Shown: positions 8,909-19,112 of the stretch, one piece after another
How positions within the stretch are numbered: position 1 is the first letter of the stretch
How the letters are laid out: every line of letters starts with the position of its first letter
Notes under the pieces: generated by a model
Database searches by the model: none
Told to the model about the DNA's origin: nothing
Seen by the model: only the letters and a program-made list of their open reading frames with translations
Program-made: the position numbers and the translations under genes
Assembly (NCBI GenBank): GCA_965208325.1
Contig: OZ242326.1
Span: forward strand, 3,872,001 to 3,936,000
Length of the DNA: 64,000 nucleotides
Direction: 5' to 3'
Source: Candidatus Poribacteria bacterium
Lineage (GTDB): Bacteria; Poribacteria; WGA-4E; PCPOR2b

Positions 8909-11219
8909 CGACTTCTGTCAATTTATGCGCGATGGGACTCGACACAGGCAGTACAAACTGAAAATTGCTGCCTCTCCCCTGATCCCCTTCATCAACCCAT
9001 AGCCTTCCGCCGTGTGCTTCAACAATGGATTTTGTGATGGATAACCCCAAACCAGACCCGCCTTTCTGGCGTGTGTGAATATCGCTGCGTTGATAAAACT
9101 TTTCGAAAATTTTCTGGCGTTCTTCAACTGGAATGCCTGGCCCTGTATCAATAACTTCAACATGAAGGAGGTTGCCGTCGACTTTGAGCTTGACGGTGAC
9201 TTCTCCATTATCGGGCGTAAATTTGATGGCATTGCCAATGAGGTTTGTAAATGCCTGACCCATCCGCGCCTCATCACCTATAATTGCTGGAAGAGTTTCG
9301 GGGCTGACAAAATTCAATTGGATAGCCTTCGCATCAGCTTGCGGCCGGATTTCTTCAATGCGATGATTGGCAATCTCCAAGAGCATGATTGGCTCTTGAC
9401 TCATCTGGATACGGCCGGATTCAATCCGAGAAACATCAAGCAAGTCGTTGATGAGTGCTGCCAGCCGCTTCGATTGGCGGTGCACGCGAATAAGGCTGTT
9501 TTGTTGTTTTTCATTGATAGGCCCCGTTTTACCGTCAAGAATAAAGGATACGAAACCGATGATAGAGGTCAACGGCGTTCGAAGCTCATGGGAGACCAGA
9601 GAGATAAAGTCAGATTTCATCTGATCGATTTCCTTTTCTCGCGTAATGTCATCAAAAACATAAACAATGCCAAGCGAGAAACCGTTTTCGTCAAGGAACG
9701 GACTGGCAACCACGCGTACAACCCTTTGCTCGCCGTCGTGGCCTACATTGACTTCAGATATAGCCGAGTTGTCTTGCGAAATCTGGGACTGGCTGTCCTT
9801 GATTACTTGTGTAAGTTCCACATCCCGGATTATTTGGGTGAAATCTTCACCGATCTGATCCACGCTCACGTTTAGTAGAAATTCAGCAGCGGGATTGATA
9901 TGAAGTACGCGGTTGTCACCATCTACAAGAATCAGCCCTTCTGCCAGACTGTTCACGATGGCGGACATCTTTTTCTCCTCTTCAGTCAGTTTGCCGACGG
10001 CAGTTTCGAGATGCTTTCGCATTGAATTGAATTCCTGCGCTAGAACTCCAACCTCGTTGCTGCCGGTGACAGGTATCTTTTGATTAAAGTCACCCTGCCC
10101 CATGGCTCGCGCCGCCCTCGCCACCCGCATAATTGGCGTCACTATACGTTGCGAGACTACCAAAGCGATAATCACAACTACGATGCATGAAACGATTGTG
10201 AAGGTCAAGATGCGGCGCGTGAGTTTTGTGATTTCCGGAAAGGCTAGCCGTTCGGGTTGTGAAACCAAAATTGCCAAGTCAATAAATTTTATACTGCCGC
10301 TGCCAGATGTGTCTTCCCGTGGGGTGCGAGCCCAAGCATAGACTTTCTTTTCGCCTTGACTGTTCCGTTCTCCCTCCATCTCATAACCATGGTCTTCTGC
10401 GCCGGCATTAATGAAATCGAAAACGGCATTGCTAAATTCTATATGATCCGAGAAACCATATCCACTTTCCCGCGCAGCCGCAATTACCCGTCCATGTTTA
10501 TTTATGATGAACGTTTCGATACCCTCAAAAATTTTATCTGCTTTGGACGATGATTTAACCATTTCTGAAAGTTCAGGAATTGTAATGTTGGCTCGGAAGA
10601 CACCAATTACTCTTGAACTTGGGCTCTCAGACCTGCGGATAGGCAAAGCAACCGTCAGAATGTGGCGCTTTTCGACATCGTCGAATTGAAGGTCCTCGAT
10701 GTAATCATAGCCAAGTCCATTATTATAAGCTTTGTGCCACCACTCGTCGTTGATTGGCCGCACAGATGGCTTCTCAGCCGTCGAGATAACTATTTGCCGA
10801 TGGAGATTCGTAATTGTAATTTCGCTGCCCGGCCCGGCGTGTCCTTCAAGCTGCCTTATACTATTTCGCAACGTGGAATTAACACGGCGTAACGTGGAGA
10901 GTTTTGAAGGATTTGACAATTCGTCTCCGTTTGCTTGGGCGACTCTATCGCATATTTCCGGTATGTGGTTTTTGATGTTTTCTAGGCGCCTCTGGATGCT
11001 TAAATGCGCATGATTAAGTTTGCCCTTTGCAAATCGTACTAAGCTTTCAGCAATTGTATTCTTTAGCGCAATCTTACCGTCCCGATGCACCAGAAAGGAA
11101 AATAACAGTAGAGGTATTAGTGAAACGAGCAGAAAAAGTAGTACAAGCTGTCCACGCAAGCCCGTTTTGAGATAAAGAGATTTCATTGTCATTTGATGAA
11201 CGCTATCCGTCCGGATCAA
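8880..11219 (-). CDS. Membrane sensor histidine kinase (2 TM, Cache-like periplasmic domain, HAMP, PAS, HisKA, HATPase)
   Basis: Two hydrophobic helices; HAMP ...NEVGVLAQEFNSM; PAS NPAAE; SHELRTPLT; NLIGNAIKF, DTGPGI and GSGLGL boxes. Confidence 0.93.
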   Translation of the reverse strand: MIRTDSVHQMTMKSLYLKTGLRGQLVLLFLLVSLIPLLLFSFLVHRDGKIALKNTIAESLVRFAKGKLNHAHLSIQRRLENIKNHIPEICDRVAQANGDELSNPSKLSTLRRVNSTLRNSIRQLEGHAGPGSEITITNLHRQIVISTAEKPSVRPINDEWWHKAYNNGLGYDYIEDLQFDDVEKRHILTVALPIRRSESPSSRVIGVFRANITIPELSEMVKSSSKADKIFEGIETFIINKHGRVIAAARESGYGFSDHIEFSNAVFDFINAGAEDHGYEMEGERNSQGEKKVYAWARTPREDTSGSGSIKFIDLAILVSQPERLAFPEITKLTRRILTFTIVSCIVVVIIALVVSQRIVTPIMRVARAARAMGQGDFNQKIPVTGSNEVGVLAQEFNSMRKHLETAVGKLTEEEKKMSAIVNSLAEGLILVDGDNRVLHINPAAEFLLNVSVDQIGEDFTQIIRDVELTQVIKDSQSQISQDNSAISEVNVGHDGEQRVVRVVASPFLDENGFSLGIVYVFDDITREKEIDQMKSDFISLVSHELRTPLTSIIGFVSFILDGKTGPINEKQQNSLIRVHRQSKRLAALINDLLDVSRIESGRIQMSQEPIMLLEIANHRIEEIRPQADAKAIQLNFVSPETLPAIIGDEARMGQAFTNLIGNAIKFTPDNGEVTVKLKVDGNLLHVEVIDTGPGIPVEERQKIFEKFYQRSDIHTRQKGGSGLGLSITKSIVEAHGGRLWVDEGDQGRGSNFQFVLPVSSPIAHKLTEVDEQEHTGNG

Positions 11220-11547
11220 ACGCGTTTATTGCAGATTCTTCGTCCATGTAAATTTCGAGAATAGTATTTAGCCGTGTAACCTGCAAGACATTCATAACAG
11301 CTTTTTGTGGGTTCAGTAAGACAAGCATGCCGCCCTGCTTTTTGAGAAACTGCAAGATGGCTATAATCATTCCAAGCGCGGAGCTATCAAGTAAAGGAAC
11401 GTTTGTCAGGTCTAGAATCAATCGCCCTTCGCTCTTCTCGATCTGCTTATCCATTTCGCGGCGAAGTGCATGTGCCGCATTTCCAAGGATTTTGCCCTCC
11501 ACGCGAAGAATGGGAATGTTGTGCTTACTGATGGTTGTCTCAAACAT
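11203..11547 (-). CDS. STAS-domain anti-sigma factor antagonist
   Basis: 114 aa; LDLTNVPLLDSSALG; start codon abuts the rsmG stop. Confidence 0.9.
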   Translation of the reverse strand: MFETTISKHNIPILRVEGKILGNAAHALRREMDKQIEKSEGRLILDLTNVPLLDSSALGMIIAILQFLKKQGGMLVLLNPQKAVMNVLQVTRLNTILEIYMDEESAINAFDPDG

Positions 11548-12252
11548 CTAATGAAACTCCTTAATCCTTCGTATAGCGACGTAGGTGCGATTGAGTTCGT
11601 CAATTTGGCAGTTTATAATGGATTGGATGCCGCCGTTGAAGAGCTGCAACTTGGATTTGGCGCTCCGAATTTCGGTTTCGACGTTACGCGGCTTATACGC
11701 AATCCAAGTCCCGTCTGGTTTTAGTAACGGCAGGCAGTAAGCTAACGAGTCTGCTATTGAAGCGACATAACGTGTGAGTACCCAATCATAAGCGTTAGCA
11801 TGCTGGCTCATTTCAGCACATTCTTCCGCACGCTCCCCAATAACACATATATCTTCCCAAGTTGCGGCGTCGTCAGATTGCGCATCCCTGCGGAGTTGAG
11901 CAATAAGGTAGTGCAGAAAACTCACCTTCTTCAGTGAAGATTCAACTAGGGCAAGCTGAAGCTCAGGCAGAATAATTTTTATTGGAACGCCTGGGAAGCC
12001 CGCACCTGTCCCAACATCAATCACTGAATCACGCGGATTGATAGAAAAATCGTGAAGCACACTCAACGAATCGAGGAAGTGTTTAACAATAATTCCATAA
12101 TCATCCCGAATTGATGTCAGATTCATTCGCGAATTCCAGCGTTTGAGTTCAGTCCAGTACGTGATATATTGATTAATCTGTAATTCTGTTAGCGGGAAGC
12201 CGTGCTGGAGAAAGGTTTGCTTTAGCAGGATTCGGAAATCATCAGTATTCAC
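11548..12252 (-). CDS. rsmG: 16S rRNA m7G527 methyltransferase
   Basis: WNSRMNLTSI, KHFLDSL, DVGTGAGFPG; follows mnmG. Confidence 0.95.
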   Translation of the reverse strand: MNTDDFRILLKQTFLQHGFPLTELQINQYITYWTELKRWNSRMNLTSIRDDYGIIVKHFLDSLSVLHDFSINPRDSVIDVGTGAGFPGVPIKIILPELQLALVESSLKKVSFLHYLIAQLRRDAQSDDAATWEDICVIGERAEECAEMSQHANAYDWVLTRYVASIADSLAYCLPLLKPDGTWIAYKPRNVETEIRSAKSKLQLFNGGIQSIINCQIDELNRTYVAIRRIKEFH

Positions 12253-12300
12253 TGATTTATGAATTATTGAGTATTAGTTAAAATGTATTGGGGGCACTCG

Positions 12301-14202
12301 TTATGCGATTTTCGCCGTTTGGCTCCGCTGGAATTCCTTTATCCGCACCATCAGGATGGAAATATCCGCCGGTGAAACTCCAGGAATGCGCGACGCCTGC
12401 CCGATGGATGCCGGGTGAATCTTAGCAAGTTTTTCTCGTGCTTCGGTTTTTATTCCGTGAATACTTCCGTAATCAATTTCGTCCGGAATCGGAAGATGCT
12501 CCAGCTTCTTGAACCGTTCAATCTGAAGCGTTTGACGGCGAATGTAACCATCATATTTTATCTGAATCTCCACCTGTTTCTCTACCGCAGTTGGAAGCGG
12601 CCGGATTGGGGGCGAAAGTTGTTTAATCCCTTCATAACTCATCGCAGGGCGCTTCAGCAAATCAGCCAGAGACGTGGGTTTATCTAACCCATCAATTCCG
12701 CACTGTTTCAATTCATCCAACGTCCGAAGGGTTGGGTTGAGAACCGTTTGGTTTATGCGTTCTAACTCCTCTTGAATGAGTAGTTTTTTTTGTTGGAATC
12801 GATTGTACGTGCTGTCATCAACAAGCCCAATGCGACGTCCGATTTCAGTCAGCCTCAAGTCGGCATTATCCTCACGAAGTGCTAGGCGGTATTCCGCACG
12901 GGAGGTGAACATGCGGTACGGTTCACGAATGTCCCTCGTAACGAGGTCATCAATGAGCACACCGATATATGCTTGAGAACGATCGAGGATTAACGGTTCT
13001 TGGCCGCGTACTTTTAAGGCGGCATTGATTCCGGACATTAGCCCCTGCGCAGCGGCCTCTTCGTAACCGGTAGTTCCATTCAGTTGTCCGGCAAAGAAAA
13101 GATTCTCCACACGCTTCGTTTCGAGGTTCGCATAAATTTGCGTTGCAGGGGCAAAATCGTATTCCACAGCGTAAGCAAAACGCAAAATCTGTGCATTTTC
13201 CAGTCCTTTGATGCTGTGCACCATCTCGACCTGAACCGCTTCAGGTAAGCTGGCAGAAATTCCGTTTAAGTAGATTTCGTCAGTATTTCTGCCTTCGGGT
13301 TCAACAAAAATCTGATGGCGGTCTTTGTCCGAAAAGCGCACCACTTTATCTTCGATAGAAGGGCAGTATCGCGGTCCGATACCGACTATTCGCCCGCTGT
13401 ACATCGCAGAACTTTTGATGTTGTCCCGAATGATTTGGTGAGTTTTCTCATTCGTATAGGTCAAATGGCAAGGCATCTGCGCTTGCGAAATTTTTTCAGT
13501 TGAGAACGAAAACGGACGCGGCGGTTCGTCGCCCGGCTGAATCGCCATGACATCGAAATTCACCGTATCTTTTTTGACGCGGGGAGGCGTTCCAGTTTTT
13601 AGACGACTGATTTCAAAACCGAGTTTCAAGAAACTCTCTGATAATTTTTCTGCGGAGGATTCTCCGGCGCGGCCCGCGCTGTAAGTTACTTCTCCCACGT
13701 GGACCAATCCTTTGAGAAATGTGCCTGTGGTCAGCACAACTGTTTTACCCAGAAACGCAGTGTCGGTATGGCTCAGTATACCGATGCACCTTCCGTTTTC
13801 AGTCAACAACTCCTCCACCAATACCGGTTCAATATCGAGACGTACTTGTTTCTCCAACACCCGCCTCATCTCGTGCTGATAAGCCTCCTTGTCAGCCTGG
13901 GCGCGGCTTGAACGGACAGCGGGCCCTTTCTTCGTGTTCAACTGCCGAAATTGGATTCCCGTTTTATCAATATTTTTTGCCATCTCGCCGCCAAGCGCGT
14001 CAATCTCCTTTACCAGATGCCCTTTGGCAAGTCCGCCAATTGCTGGGTTGCAAGACATTTTGGCGATAGTATCCAAGTTGATGGTGGCAATCAATGTCTC
14101 ACAGCCCATTCTTGATGCTGCAAGTGCAGCTTCACAGCCGGCATGACCCGCACCGACAACAATTACGTCGTATTGTTTAGGATAGACAGTCAATAATCTC
14201 AC
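12301..14202 (-). CDS. mnmG: tRNA uridine-5-carboxymethylaminomethyl synthesis enzyme MnmG (GidA)
   Basis: GAGHAGCEAA, MSCNPAIGG, RLKTGTPPR, GPRYCPSIEDK, AGQLNGTTGYEEAAAQG, EPYRMFTSRAEYRL. Confidence 0.98.
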   Translation of the reverse strand: MRLLTVYPKQYDVIVVGAGHAGCEAALAASRMGCETLIATINLDTIAKMSCNPAIGGLAKGHLVKEIDALGGEMAKNIDKTGIQFRQLNTKKGPAVRSSRAQADKEAYQHEMRRVLEKQVRLDIEPVLVEELLTENGRCIGILSHTDTAFLGKTVVLTTGTFLKGLVHVGEVTYSAGRAGESSAEKLSESFLKLGFEISRLKTGTPPRVKKDTVNFDVMAIQPGDEPPRPFSFSTEKISQAQMPCHLTYTNEKTHQIIRDNIKSSAMYSGRIVGIGPRYCPSIEDKVVRFSDKDRHQIFVEPEGRNTDEIYLNGISASLPEAVQVEMVHSIKGLENAQILRFAYAVEYDFAPATQIYANLETKRVENLFFAGQLNGTTGYEEAAAQGLMSGINAALKVRGQEPLILDRSQAYIGVLIDDLVTRDIREPYRMFTSRAEYRLALREDNADLRLTEIGRRIGLVDDSTYNRFQQKKLLIQEELERINQTVLNPTLRTLDELKQCGIDGLDKPTSLADLLKRPAMSYEGIKQLSPPIRPLPTAVEKQVEIQIKYDGYIRRQTLQIERFKKLEHLPIPDEIDYGSIHGIKTEAREKLAKIHPASIGQASRIPGVSPADISILMVRIKEFQRSQTAKIA

Positions 14203-14287
14203 ACCTCTCCAAGTATTTCGTGGTATTGGTCAGACGGATTTTGCGCTTGTAATTTGTGCCGAGATATGTTAAGATAAAAATAAATCC

Positions 14288-14371
14288 GCCGGAGTGGTGA
14301 AATCGGTATACGCACTGGACTCAAAATCCAGCGAGCCTCGGCTCATGTCGGTTCGAGTCCGACCTCCGGCA
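14288..14371 (+). tRNA. tRNA-Leu (CAA); CCA end not encoded
   Basis: Acceptor stem GCCGGAG/CTCCGGC; anticodon arm CTGGA-CTCAAAA-TCCAG; long variable arm; GGTTCGAGTCC T-loop. Upstream TTGTAA-17-TAAGAT promoter-like motif. Confidence 0.95.
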
Positions 14372-14397
14372 TCGTTGATAACACTGCTGCAAAATTC

Positions 14398-14430
14398 GCC
14401 ATATAGCAAATAACGCTATATGGCTTTTTT
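14398..14430 (+). terminator. Rho-independent terminator after tRNA-Leu
   Basis: GCCATATAGC-AAATAAC-GCTATATGGC, a perfect 10-bp stem followed by TTTTTT. Confidence 0.85.
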
Positions 14431-14449
14431 GTTGAACCGAATTACATGA

Positions 14450-15001
14450 TTACGTTTTAACGCTTAGTTCCCGAAGGGCGCCGTCATAACAATTATAAGT
14501 GTCATCATCAAACAAAACGAAGCGGACCTCTTCAACACCTTCGTGCTCCTCAACGAATGCCTTTATCGCCTTGAGTGCGGTAACTGCTGCTCTTTCAATC
14601 GGATACCCGAAAGTCCCCGTGCCAATCGAAGGGAAGGCAATCGTCTTGATGTGAAAATTTAAGGCTGAAGTTAAACTCGCCCGGTAGCAGCTTGCAAGCG
14701 TTTCAGGTTCACCCGAATTCCCGCCGCGCCACTTGGGTCCAACGGTATGAATGACATACTTCGCCGGCAAATATCCCCCCGTTGTGATGACTGCTTGTCC
14801 GGGCGGGCAACCTCCCCGGTAAGCGCGAATATCATTGCATTCCTCCGAAATCGCCGGTCCGCCCGCGCGTCTAATTGCGCCATCCAAACCGCCGCCTCCT
14901 AACAAACTAGCGTTGGCGGCGTTGACGATAGCATCAACGTCCTGAGTGGTGATATCACCCTGCACCACTGTAAAAAGTGTTCGGTTGATTTTCGTTTCCA
15001 T
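14450..15001 (-). CDS. Macrodomain O-acetyl-ADP-ribose deacetylase (YmdB-like)
   Basis: GDITTQDVDAIVNAANASLLGGGGLDGAI, IHTVGP, IAFPSIGTGTFGYP. Confidence 0.93.
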   Translation of the reverse strand: METKINRTLFTVVQGDITTQDVDAIVNAANASLLGGGGLDGAIRRAGGPAISEECNDIRAYRGGCPPGQAVITTGGYLPAKYVIHTVGPKWRGGNSGEPETLASCYRASLTSALNFHIKTIAFPSIGTGTFGYPIERAAVTALKAIKAFVEEHEGVEEVRFVLFDDDTYNCYDGALRELSVKT

Positions 15002-15082
15002 TGTACATTCTCTTCCTTTGGGTTAGCATAGGTATCGGTCTGCGTGTTTTGCGTACATTTTGAACCGCTTGTCCTTACCATG

Positions 15083-16162
15083 TTATATAAACGGTAGAAG
15101 CACCACCGTAGCCTTCACGCGGCCGCTTGGCGTTTCGACTTCCACGTCACTGCCGGCATCCGTTAAAGCAGTCCGCACATACCCCATACCGACGGTTTCT
15201 CCGAGCGTTGGGGAGTTAACCGCACTCGTAATCCAACCGACCTCCTTTTCACCGTTGAAAATGCGGCTGCCCTGTGCCGGTGGGGTGTCGTGGTCAATCT
15301 TGAATCCTCGCAACAGCCGATTCGGGTGGCCGCGATAGTGCATGCGCGCAACAATCTCCTGGCCTATATAGCACCCTTTTTCAAAATCGAGAGCATTATT
15401 GAGCTCCGCTTCTAGAGGTATGATTGCATCGGTCAATTCCGATCCGTATCGGGGAATACCCGCTTCAATGCGCAGTGAGTTCAGGGCGGTCAGTCCCACC
15501 GGGTAAGCCCCAAACTCACGCCCTTTGGTCAGGGCAGCAGCCCATAGCCATTCCATGGATGCCGATGCTGCGTAAAGGTTATACCCAATTTCGCCAGTTT
15601 CGTTTTGCCGGATACACACCATCCATCTGTCTTCCACGCGATGAGCGGCGGTACGATGTTCATGAAGTTCATCAACATTTAGTCCATAGGCGTTTCGGAG
15701 CAGATTCGCCGATTTTGGGCCGTGTATCCCAATCATGCCCGTCCTAGCCGTGACATTCTCTATAACGACATCGTCCGCGATAAGATACTTGTCTAATTCT
15801 TGAGCGAGAATCTGCGTTGTGTCAGCGTTAGTCTCAATGGTGATAGCCTCTTCCAGAACATACACGCTCATGTCCGCTATGAGTTTCCCGCGGTTAGTCA
15901 AGATTGTTGCGTAGTTTCCTTCCCCGACACTAAGCCCTTCAACATCATTGGATATAATCCGATGCAAATATTTCGCGCGATCTTCTCCCGTCAATCGGAC
16001 CCTGCCGCGATGCGAGAAATCAATTATGCCAACCCCGGTTCTAACTGCACGGTGCTCTTCCAGCGGATCGGCATAATAGTCAACCAATTTCCAGCCTTCA
16101 TGAATCTCTTTGAACGTCGCCCCATGAGCGCGATGAGTTTCATACAGAGGCGTTGTTTTCAT
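15083..16162 (-). CDS. GcvT/YgfZ-family folate-binding aminomethyltransferase-like protein
   Basis: GcvT-like N-terminus MKTTPLYETH and the YgfZ signature KGCYIGQE. Start placed at ATG 16162 because the longer ORF-track start lies in the MITE. Confidence 0.85.
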   Translation of the reverse strand: MKTTPLYETHRAHGATFKEIHEGWKLVDYYADPLEEHRAVRTGVGIIDFSHRGRVRLTGEDRAKYLHRIISNDVEGLSVGEGNYATILTNRGKLIADMSVYVLEEAITIETNADTTQILAQELDKYLIADDVVIENVTARTGMIGIHGPKSANLLRNAYGLNVDELHEHRTAAHRVEDRWMVCIRQNETGEIGYNLYAASASMEWLWAAALTKGREFGAYPVGLTALNSLRIEAGIPRYGSELTDAIIPLEAELNNALDFEKGCYIGQEIVARMHYRGHPNRLLRGFKIDHDTPPAQGSRIFNGEKEVGWITSAVNSPTLGETVGMGYVRTALTDAGSDVEVETPSGRVKATVVLLPFI

Positions 16163-16217
16163 ACCTTGAAGTTCCCCGCTGTTCCGTCGGTGGTAGTTTT
16201 CACAAGTGCTTCGTATA

Positions 16218-16422
16218 CTAGGGCGTGTTGACATTTTGGTGTTACTAATGCAACATACAACTGTTTAATTCGCCAAAAACCCAAGTCGGGGGCGATGTCT
16301 GACGTATAAGGGCAACCACATGCGTTGCCCCTAAAAGGATTATGTAAGGGCAGGTCTTATGCCTGCCCAGAAACTCAGGTCATGGAGATGGGTTAAAATT
16401 TCCAATTGTCAACAGAACCTAG
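16218..16422. mobile_element. MITE copy 1 (205 bp including both flanking CTAG)
   Basis: CTAG-GGCGTGTTGACATT ... AATTGTCAACAGAAC-CTAG; a near-identical copy of the same length lies at 39099-39303; no ORF. Confidence 0.85.
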
Positions 16423-16747
16423 TACGAATCCTCATTATAGCGCACCGTGAATTGAAAATCAAGTCGGCGGCAGAACTTTTCTGTTTTCTCCATCAATCGT
16501 AACCATAAATCGCTAACTCTTCAAATGTAAGAGCGATCTCCGAATCGCGGCTTCTTCGCTCAACCAATATTCAACCCGAAATCCACAGATTTCTCTGCCG
16601 CAGTCTCAGTTTTGAAACCGTTTTTGCGGCATAGTAAAACCGATTTCGTGCGAGTATCGGAAAAAATGTTGACCAACGGGTAGCCAATATACTACCATTT
16701 AACGAGATTTTTGCGGACTAATGGAATTCGTCTAAGCAAGTTTAGGC

Positions 16748-18691
16748 GTGGGGGTAAAAGGATTGAAAATTTTTGTGCCGGGGCGTATTTGTCTATTTGG
16801 AGAGCACAGCGATTGGGCAGGCGGCTATCGCCGAACGAATGCCAGTTTGAAGAAAGGCTACACAATAATCACGGGCACTAGCCAAGGACTGTACGCGGAA
16901 GTTAAACCGCACCCAACCAAGCTGATTCTTTCAACCTCGTTGAGCGATGGAACGAGCGAAGGCCCCTTTGAATTGCCTATGGAGCGTGGGGCACTTCGAG
17001 AAGAGGCGGAAAAAGGCGGTTTTTTCAGTTATGCTGCCGGCGTCGCTTATCAGGTTCTTACGCACTACCGCGTGCGCGGCCTCGAAATCAATAACTATCA
17101 TACAGATCTGCCGGTGAAGAAAGGGCTTTCGTCCAGCGCTGCGGTCTGCGTGCTAGTCGCCCGCGCCTTCAACCGTATTTATGATTTAAAAATGACGGTT
17201 CGCGGCGAAATGGAGTGCGCTTACCTCGGCGAGATTACGACGCCTTCCCGCTGCGGACGCATGGATCAGGGATGCGCTTACGGGAATCGCCCCATTATGA
17301 TGACCTTCGACGGCGATCAGATTGATGTCCAGCCCCTTAGTATTTCGAAAGATTTGTTCTTTGTAATCGTTGACCTCGGCGCCAGTAAAGACACAAAAGA
17401 AATTCTGAACAGATTGAATCACTGTTATCCTTTTGCTGAAGGCGAACTTCAAAAGAATGTTCAAAAATATTTGGGGCGGATTAACGCCCAAATAACCCGC
17501 GAAGCGTCTGATGCACTGCGCAAAGGCGATGCGACGCGAATCGGCAGCCTCATGAACACAGCGCAGGCAGAATTCGACAAGCATCTTCAACCCGCATGTC
17601 CGTCGCAATTGACTGCTCCCGTCCTACACAAAGTGCTGAATTACGAAGCCATTCAGACGTATATTTTTGGTGGAAAAGGCGTAGGCTCGCAAGGTGATGG
17701 ATCTGCGCAATTTATTGTCAAAGATGAAGCTTGCCAGCGGAAGGTCATGGATATCCTTGAACGCGATTTTCAGATGTCATGTTTGAAGCTGGTAATTCAG
17801 TCCGGGCGGAGCGTAAAAAAGGCAGTCATCCCCGCGGCAGGTTTTGGCACCCGTCTGTTCCCTGCCTCAAAAGCCATTAAGAAGGAGCTTTTTCCTATCA
17901 TCGATCGACAAGGACGAGCCAAGCCCGTGATAATGGCAATTGTCGAGGAAGCAATCAGCGCCGGAATTGAAGAGGTCTGCTTGATTGTGCAAAACAGTGA
18001 CCGCAGGCTGTTCGAGGAGTTTTTCAGCGCACCGCCGCCGGTGGAAAACTTCAATAAACTATCGCGGGCGGATCAGGAGTATTGCCGGTATCTCCTCGAC
18101 CTCGGACACCGGATTACACTGGTGACCCAAGATGTTCAGGAAGGATTTGGACATGCCGTGTTTTGTGCGCGGGAATGGGTTGGGAATGAACCCTTTCTAC
18201 TCATGTTGGGGGATCACCTGTATGCGTCGGATTGTGAGACCCCGTGCGCGCGGCAACTTTTGGACGTATACGATCGCGCAGGGCACAGCGTGGTTGGATT
18301 GAAAACTACACCGGCATCAGAAATCCACAAGTTCGGTTGCGTAAACGGGATTTGGCAAGAGCACGGTTCTCTGCTTTCGGTGACGGCGTTCCACGAAAAG
18401 CCTGATATCGATTATGCTCGTGAACATCTGCATGTGGAAGGCCTGGAAACCAATCAATTTCTAACCCTATTCGGACAGTATGTTATCACTCCAAATATCT
18501 TCCACTATTTGGAAGAACATATCGCGCATAACGTCCGCGAACGGGGAGAATTTCAGTTGACGTCATGTCTCGACAAGTTGCGGCAAGAGGAGGGATTTTC
18601 GGGTTATCTTGTCAAAGGTAAGTGTTTTGACATCGGCCTCCCGGAGGCATACCGAAAATCAATGATCGCCCTGCAGGCGGCTTATCAATAA
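16748..18691 (+). CDS. Bifunctional GHMP-family sugar kinase / GalU-like sugar-1-phosphate nucleotidyltransferase
   Basis: N-half: PGRICLFGEHSD, LPVKKGLSSSAA, GRMDQ, GGKGVGSQGDG. C-half: KAVIPAAGFGTRLFPASKAIKKE, QEGFGHAV, LGDH, EKP, EFQLT. Confidence 0.88.
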   Translation: MGVKGLKIFVPGRICLFGEHSDWAGGYRRTNASLKKGYTIITGTSQGLYAEVKPHPTKLILSTSLSDGTSEGPFELPMERGALREEAEKGGFFSYAAGVAYQVLTHYRVRGLEINNYHTDLPVKKGLSSSAAVCVLVARAFNRIYDLKMTVRGEMECAYLGEITTPSRCGRMDQGCAYGNRPIMMTFDGDQIDVQPLSISKDLFFVIVDLGASKDTKEILNRLNHCYPFAEGELQKNVQKYLGRINAQITREASDALRKGDATRIGSLMNTAQAEFDKHLQPACPSQLTAPVLHKVLNYEAIQTYIFGGKGVGSQGDGSAQFIVKDEACQRKVMDILERDFQMSCLKLVIQSGRSVKKAVIPAAGFGTRLFPASKAIKKELFPIIDRQGRAKPVIMAIVEEAISAGIEEVCLIVQNSDRRLFEEFFSAPPPVENFNKLSRADQEYCRYLLDLGHRITLVTQDVQEGFGHAVFCAREWVGNEPFLLMLGDHLYASDCETPCARQLLDVYDRAGHSVVGLKTTPASEIHKFGCVNGIWQEHGSLLSVTAFHEKPDIDYAREHLHVEGLETNQFLTLFGQYVITPNIFHYLEEHIAHNVRERGEFQLTSCLDKLRQEEGFSGYLVKGKCFDIGLPEAYRKSMIALQAAYQ

Positions 18692-18807
18692 CCCTCGTAA
18701 GTGGATTGACAACGTTCAACCTCCCCAATCCCACCATATTCTCAACCCAAAGATGAGTAACCTTCTCCCCTCAGACTCATTTTTTCCCCAGTGCTCCGTA
18801 CTCAGGA

Positions 18808-19089
18808 TTACGATGTTTTGCGTTGGTCAGGGAACGAAGTCATTTGCCTCGGAATAACAAACTGCTCAATCAACCGTCGAAATCGTGACGCGTAGATGAG
18901 TTGATATAAGCCCATCTGGTCCGGTATAAGTTTCTCGGCTTGAACCCGTGTTTGGTTAATTAGTTCCACGGCTTCCCACAACGTCAGGTTACCCCATTGC
19001 AACTGCTCGCTTGTACAATCGACGACTGTTTTGAGTTGGGTTAGCAAAGTGTCTTCCGTAGAATTGGCGTGCATAATACACCGTACCAT
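18808..19089 (-). CDS. Hypothetical small helical protein
   Basis: 93-aa ORF just downstream of and co-oriented with the metallo-hydrolase gene. Confidence 0.55.
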   Translation of the reverse strand: MVRCIMHANSTEDTLLTQLKTVVDCTSEQLQWGNLTLWEAVELINQTRVQAEKLIPDQMGLYQLIYASRFRRLIEQFVIPRQMTSFPDQRKTS

Positions 19090-19112
19090 TGAAAGTCACG
19101 TGAATCGGTATT

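Noticed and set aside
14288..14449. tRNA-Leu as the integration site of an island
   Set aside because: No integrase and no duplicated tRNA 3' end were seen; the tRNA is followed directly by a terminator.
16163..16234. N-terminal extension of the GcvT/YgfZ ORF given in the ORF track
   Set aside because: That ATG lies in the MITE terminal repeat; family similarity begins at MKTTPLY (16162).
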